Below, one piece after another: positions 59,375 through 64,000 of a DNA stretch of 64,000 nt. The notes beneath the pieces are model-generated. The model saw nothing but the letters and a program-made list of their open reading frames with translations. It made no database searches and was not told where the DNA came from. The position numbers and the translations under genes were made by a program. Every line of letters begins with the position of its first letter. Position 1 is the stretch's first letter. The DNA comes from Aulosira sp. ZfuVER01 (GTDB lineage Bacteria > Cyanobacteriota > Cyanobacteriia > Cyanobacteriales > Nostocaceae): positions 64,001 to 128,000 of the forward strand of contig JAVRCV020000052.1 in the NCBI GenBank assembly GCA_034530615.2, read 5' to 3'.

Positions 59375-60037
59375 ATGGACATTTCCCCCATCAAGGCTGT
59401 TCAAGCCCCCTATTACGGCGATAATTCTTACCGGACGCCGCCGCCAGATTTACCTTCCCTATTGTTGAAGGAGCGAATTGTCTATCTTGGGATGCCCCTG
59501 GTACCTGCTGTCACAGAATTGATCGTCGCGCAACTACTCTATTTGCAGTCCGACGACCCCGAGAAGCCTATTAAAATTTATATCAACTCAACCGGCACAT
59601 CCGGTTATAGTGGCGAGCCGATTGGCTTTGAAACCGAAGCCTTCGCCATCTATGACACCATGAAGTACATCAAGCCACCCATCCACACTATCTGCATCGG
59701 TTCAGCAATGGGTATGGCAGCGATGCTACTCGGTGCCGGTACTAAAGGTTGCCGCGCTAGTTTACCCAACGCCAATATTATCCTGCACCAGCCCAAGAGC
59801 TACGCCCAAGGTCAAGCAACGGATATCCAAATTCGGGCGAAGGAAGTTCTGGCAAATAAGGCATCAATGGTTGATATCATATCTCGCACCACTGGGCAAA
59901 CCCCAGAAAAAATTACCAAAGATATGGATCGCCTCTTCTACATGACTCCCTATCAAGCTAAGGAATACGGTTTGATCGATCGAGTTTTTGAAAAAGAAGA
60001 ACTTGCCAATCCACCTCTGCCTGCGAGCATTCTTTAA
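59375..60037 (+). CDS. clpR: Non-catalytic Clp protease subunit ClpR
   Basis: PPPDLPSLLLKERIVYLG; SAMGM in place of the catalytic AASM; upstream of clpP. Confidence 0.88.
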   Translation: MDISPIKAVQAPYYGDNSYRTPPPDLPSLLLKERIVYLGMPLVPAVTELIVAQLLYLQSDDPEKPIKIYINSTGTSGYSGEPIGFETEAFAIYDTMKYIKPPIHTICIGSAMGMAAMLLGAGTKGCRASLPNANIILHQPKSYAQGQATDIQIRAKEVLANKASMVDIISRTTGQTPEKITKDMDRLFYMTPYQAKEYGLIDRVFEKEELANPPLPASIL

Positions 60038-60130
60038 TGAGTCAAGAGTCAAAAGTCAAAGGTCAATATCATTTTGACTGTGGATTGTGGACTTTGGACT
60101 AAGTAATAAATTACAAATGGAGTAGCAAAA

Positions 60131-60724
60131 ATGCCTATAGGTGTTCCTAAAGTTCCTTACCGGATGCCCGGCGGGCAGTTTACAGATTGGATTAGCATCT
60201 ACGATCGCCTTTACCGAGAAAGAATTATTTTTTTGGGGCGAGACATTGATGACGAAATTGCCAACCAAATTATCGCGGTTATGTTATACCTGGACTCGGA
60301 AGATCCAGGTAAGGACATTTATTTGTACATCAATTCCCCCGGTGGTATGGTTACTTCCGGCTTGGCAATTTATGACACCATGCAACACATCAAATCAGAT
60401 GTGGTAACAATTTGCGTGGGTTTAGCCGCCTCAATGGGGTCTTTCCTCTTGGCTGCTGGCACCAAAGGCAAACGCATGGCATTGCCTCACTCACGGATTA
60501 TGATTCACCAACCTTCTGGTGGAACCCGTGGACAAGCAACGGATATCGAAATTGAAGCTAGAGAGATTCTGCGGATTCGTAACCAGCTCAATCAGATTTA
60601 TGTCAATAACACTGGTCAGACTTTGGCCAAAATTGAAAAAGACATGGATCGTGACTTTTTCATGTCTGCTCAAGAAGCTAAAGAATACGGTTTGATTGAC
60701 CGTGTGATTGAAGAACGTCCTTAG
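60131..60724 (+). CDS. clpP: ATP-dependent Clp protease proteolytic subunit (ClpP3-like)
   Basis: YINSPGG, AASMG, IMIHQP, DRD. Confidence 0.96.
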   Translation: MPIGVPKVPYRMPGGQFTDWISIYDRLYRERIIFLGRDIDDEIANQIIAVMLYLDSEDPGKDIYLYINSPGGMVTSGLAIYDTMQHIKSDVVTICVGLAASMGSFLLAAGTKGKRMALPHSRIMIHQPSGGTRGQATDIEIEAREILRIRNQLNQIYVNNTGQTLAKIEKDMDRDFFMSAQEAKEYGLIDRVIEERP

Positions 60725-60733
60725 TAGGTAGCA

Positions 60734-60885
60734 CAGGGGCAGGGAGCAGGGGGGACAAGGAAGACAAGGAGGACAAGAAATTTTAGGTTTTGGATTTTAG
60801 ATTGAAAACTAATCCAAAATCGTAAATCCAAAATCCAAAATTGTTTCCAATGCCCCATGCCCAATGCCCAATGCCCCATGCCCCA
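60734..60885. repeat. STRR composite block with nested inverted (TTTTGGA)n/(TCCAAAA)n hairpin
   Basis: GACAAGG tract 60734-60778, inverted heptamers 60781-60840, (TGCCCMA)5 at 60851-60885. Confidence 0.85.
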
Positions 60886-61003
60886 CACCTAAAATAAATT
60901 GTCAATCGTGAACTTTCAATTAGAATATAAATCTTTATTATTAATAACTTCAGACTTTAAGCGGAAAGCTTGAAGCTGAATATTCGATAGCTGATAGCTC
61001 AAG

Positions 61004-61633
61004 ATGGATCTTGGAGATTGCTACCGTGTATTGGGTTTAAGATCGGGGGCCTCTTTTGCCGACATCAAAGCGTCTTACAGACGATTGGCGCAGCAATATC
61101 ATCCCGACATCAACCCTGATGACAACAAAGCTAAAGACAAATTTATTGCATTGACAGAGGCTTACAAACTCCTGCTGACGGTAGTCATACCAACAGATAC
61201 TGTTGGCACTGCGAGTCAATCGCAGGTGTCTGCGCGTGAGGGAAAAAACGCAACAGCAACACCGCAGGAGAAAGCACCAGCAGCTTCGGTGAAAACCCAA
61301 CAAGTGACAACACCAAAGCCACCAAGTGTTACAGCCATAGAAGAGCGGCTCAAGTGGAAGACTTACGAGCAGTTGCAGCGATTTTTAAAAGAAAAACGAT
61401 ATCCGCAAGCGATCGCACTTGTCGAAGCGTTGGCAGATCGCTTACCAGAAGACACAGAAGTTCGTCAGTGGCAAGCTATTGCTTATCAAGTTTGGGGACG
61501 GGTGCTAATCGAGCAACATCAGGTGCTAAAAGCCAGAATTTATCTCAAAAAAGCCCTCAAAACTGACCCCAACAATAAAGCTTTGTGTAATGAGGTGCAG
61601 CGAGATTTCCAGCGTTTGGATCAGATTTTTTAA
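61004..61633 (+). CDS. J-domain protein with C-terminal TPR-like region
   Basis: YRVLGL..YHPD; ARIYLKKALKTDPNN. Confidence 0.9.
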   Translation: MDLGDCYRVLGLRSGASFADIKASYRRLAQQYHPDINPDDNKAKDKFIALTEAYKLLLTVVIPTDTVGTASQSQVSAREGKNATATPQEKAPAASVKTQQVTTPKPPSVTAIEERLKWKTYEQLQRFLKEKRYPQAIALVEALADRLPEDTEVRQWQAIAYQVWGRVLIEQHQVLKARIYLKKALKTDPNNKALCNEVQRDFQRLDQIF

Positions 61634-61646
61634 CGATCATTTTTTA

Positions 61647-61785
61647 TTGGGCATGGGGCAAACAAGGAGTGTGGGAAGTGTGGGAGGATGGGGAAGATAG
61701 GGAAAGCTAATAAAGTGTGTTTATTTTCTCCCCTCTCTCCCCTCTCTACCCAAACTCCCCCATCTCCCCTGCACCCCTACCTCCC
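61647..61785. repeat. STRR / purine-pyrimidine inverted tract between convergent genes
   Basis: TKGGGCA x2, then a G-rich tract and a C-rich tract. Confidence 0.6.
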
Positions 61786-63141
61786 CTATCTTTGGGCGTG
61801 TATATAGTCCACAAAGTAAAATTTAGGACGAAGCCAGAATTTTAACCAAGTGTAAACTCCTAAACTAATTAGGGCTGTAATCATTAAGGGTAAGCCTAGC
61901 TTGACTCGCAGCGCATCAGGGAGAAGGGCAACTACTGAGAGTGTAATAATAAAGTACGCTACAAGTATTACCTGCGATCGCTCTATATTTTTCAGGGCCT
62001 GACGACAGCTACTACAATGCTGAGTATGTTGTTTGTAGCGATCTAGCATCACCGAGCGATCTTCGTTGATTGTTGGGCTTTCTGGAACTTTAATACCCAC
62101 TTCGCTCCAAGGTAGTTGTCCGTGACAATACTTATCAAACCAATTCCGAAATTCAATGACTAAGCGATCTGCGCTTGTAGGTAGTTTGTAAGCAGTTTTC
62201 CAACTTTCAACTGATGTTTTTTGTTGAAGAAAGTACTCTTGTTGTTGCAAAAGTATCATATCTCCATCAAGAACCGAATTTCGAGTTTTGATATGAGTCC
62301 ACCAGCGAGGTATTAAACGATGAAGTGTTGTGGCAAAATTACGACTAAATTGCGCTACAATCCTTGATTTACCTGGAGACACGGGAATGCAATAGGTAAC
62401 GAGTCCCATCTGCTTGTCAGAGTTAGGAATACCAATCGCATACTCCAAGTGGCAAGGTGGTTCAAAAGTAATTTTTGTTTTATAGAATACTTCACTATTT
62501 ACTTCAATCAAATTTGGTGTTGATTGCAAAACTTTCAGAGGGATGGGTCTTGCTTGTTCGCGATCGCCTTGAAATCCATGATGGGCAAAAGGAACATGGC
62601 TAGGATCTGCAATATTTTCTACAAGGGTTTGCCAATCGTATTCTAAATCACGTACATAAGAATCCCAAACAAAACCTTTGCTAGCATCTACTAAAGGTGA
62701 TAAAGGTAACGGTGTAGCATCAGCATTGGCAGTTGATTTCGCATCTGGCCAGACCCAAAGTAAATCATTTTGTTGGCGTACAGGCAGCGAAACTACGCAG
62801 AAATTTTGTTGATTTTTAGTAACAATTTGTGGATCTTCAGCTTGGGGAATATGGGTACAAATTCCTTGCGCATCAAATTGCCAGCCGTGATAGCTACACA
62901 TTAAATTGCCTGTTTTCTCGTCAACCCTTCCTTCACTCAAGGGAGCTAGGCGATGAGGACATTGATCTAAAAATACTCGGTAAGTTTCAGATGATTGGGG
63001 CTTCCATACGACTAAACGAAGTCCCAAAAGAGTTACTGATGTTGGTTGCTTGGGGTCGATATCTTCAATTGGCAACAGAGGATACCAGTGCTGAAAAAAG
63101 TTGAATTCGGATTGCATTTTACTTTGTTTACCTTTAATCAT
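61786..63141 (-). CDS. Rieske non-heme iron oxygenase, PaO family (start may be 63117)
   Basis: CPHRLAPLSEG, CSYHGW, ENIADPSHVPFAH, HTQHCSSC. Confidence 0.93.
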   Translation of the reverse strand: MIKGKQSKMQSEFNFFQHWYPLLPIEDIDPKQPTSVTLLGLRLVVWKPQSSETYRVFLDQCPHRLAPLSEGRVDEKTGNLMCSYHGWQFDAQGICTHIPQAEDPQIVTKNQQNFCVVSLPVRQQNDLLWVWPDAKSTANADATPLPLSPLVDASKGFVWDSYVRDLEYDWQTLVENIADPSHVPFAHHGFQGDREQARPIPLKVLQSTPNLIEVNSEVFYKTKITFEPPCHLEYAIGIPNSDKQMGLVTYCIPVSPGKSRIVAQFSRNFATTLHRLIPRWWTHIKTRNSVLDGDMILLQQQEYFLQQKTSVESWKTAYKLPTSADRLVIEFRNWFDKYCHGQLPWSEVGIKVPESPTINEDRSVMLDRYKQHTQHCSSCRQALKNIERSQVILVAYFIITLSVVALLPDALRVKLGLPLMITALISLGVYTWLKFWLRPKFYFVDYIHAQR

Positions 63142-63574
63142 TTAATGAATTAGATTTGAGAACCAACAAATCTAAAACATCATTTAATGGCAGATTTAAT
63201 CACTATTTATCATATTGACGAACTAAAACTGATGTTACATCTATGATTGCACAGGCCTTATTTCAGGTTACTATCCTATTTATAGACTTTTCTTTGCTGT
63301 AAGGCTTAATTATTGTATATAATAAAAAATCTCTATAAATTACACTTTTAATTATTTTACTGAGGCAATCGTTAATTATTCTGAAAAATGAGTAAATAAA
63401 AAAGTGTGACTTGACGATATAAAAAGTAGTATTATAAGCGCTAGAAAATTTTGTGTTTCAAAATTAAGTCTAAAGCATAATAATATTACCTTGTGTAGGT
63501 GAAACCCTACTAGAGAGAGTAAAATCTGAAAACTAGAAATCCTCGGATTTATGGCTGGGGAATACTAAAAGTTT

Positions 63575-63835
63575 ATGTCTAATTCTGTAATTACTATAAC
63601 AGTCAAGTTATTTGCTGCTTATCAAGAAGCTTATAAAGCATCAGAATTGGTGTTAGAATTTCCCGATGGTACACCGGTGAGAGCAGTATGCGATCGCTTG
63701 ATTGCGGAACATCCAGAACTGCGCCAATTGCGAGATATTACCCGCTTTGGGATTAACTTAATATTTGTCGAACCGGATACACCCTTGCAAAATGGGGATG
63801 AAGTGGTGTTAATTCCCCCTGTCAGTGGTGGTTAA
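63575..63835 (+). CDS. moaD: MoaD/ThiS sulfur carrier
   Basis: VKLFA start region; ends DEVVLIPPVSGG. Confidence 0.9.
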   Translation: MSNSVITITVKLFAAYQEAYKASELVLEFPDGTPVRAVCDRLIAEHPELRQLRDITRFGINLIFVEPDTPLQNGDEVVLIPPVSGG

Positions 63836-63865
63836 CATAAATAGGCTCGCTAATCATGAAATCTG

Positions 63866-64000
63866 ATGACTAAACCAATAGTTTGGGTACATGGAGACTG
63901 TCTAAGTCCCCACAATCCTGCACTCCAACAATATCCTAACGTTCCAGCCATCTGGGTTTGGGACGATGCGTTGATAGAAGAATGGCAACTGAGTCTCAAA
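63866..64000 (+). CDS. Partial CDS, photolyase N-terminal-like cyanobacterial protein
   Basis: MTKPIVWVHGDCLSPHNPALQQYP..IWVWDD, open to the window end. Confidence 0.65.
   Translation, partial: MTKPIVWVHGDCLSPHNPALQQYPNVPAIWVWDDALIEEWQLSLK

Noticed and set aside
63480..63574. Moco riboswitch upstream of moaD
   Set aside because: Expected conserved elements not recognisable

Overview
Chromosomal window from a heterocyst-forming (Nostocales-like) cyanobacterium, judged from frequent HIP1 (GCGATCGC) sites, STRR heptamer repeats and gene content. In order it holds a glycosyltransferase/ABC-exporter cluster (0-12 kb), an ABC1 kinase and two FHA genes, nfi, mnmH/selU, a DhaM-type PTS fusion, an ABC-2 pair, two beta-helix proteins and egtB-egtC-msrB. 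Next come two orphan CRISPR arrays with different but related repeats facing each other (36824-37728 on +, 42041-42657 on -), a hicAB pair, and a tandem-Cys phytochrome/response regulator/hybrid kinase locus. The rest is an amidase, HPP, hemW, PIN/TRAM, an Rpn-family gene, two vWA paralogs, clpR-clpP, a J-domain protein, a Rieske oxygenase and moaD. No cas genes, tRNAs or rRNAs were recognised. Strongest oddities: (1) an off-register spacer integration in array 1, with a 37-nt insert between 34-bp duplications; (2) a spacer whose antisense reads DALRGYEGRAAT, like the Cas1 catalytic motif; (3) hicAB bracketed by 48-bp HIP1-capped hairpin direct repeats beside the array 2 leader; (4) an ABC exporter fused to tandem HisKA-like domains; (5) a candidate intragenic antitoxin start in the Rpn gene. 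All protein calls come from motif recognition by eye, not database searches.
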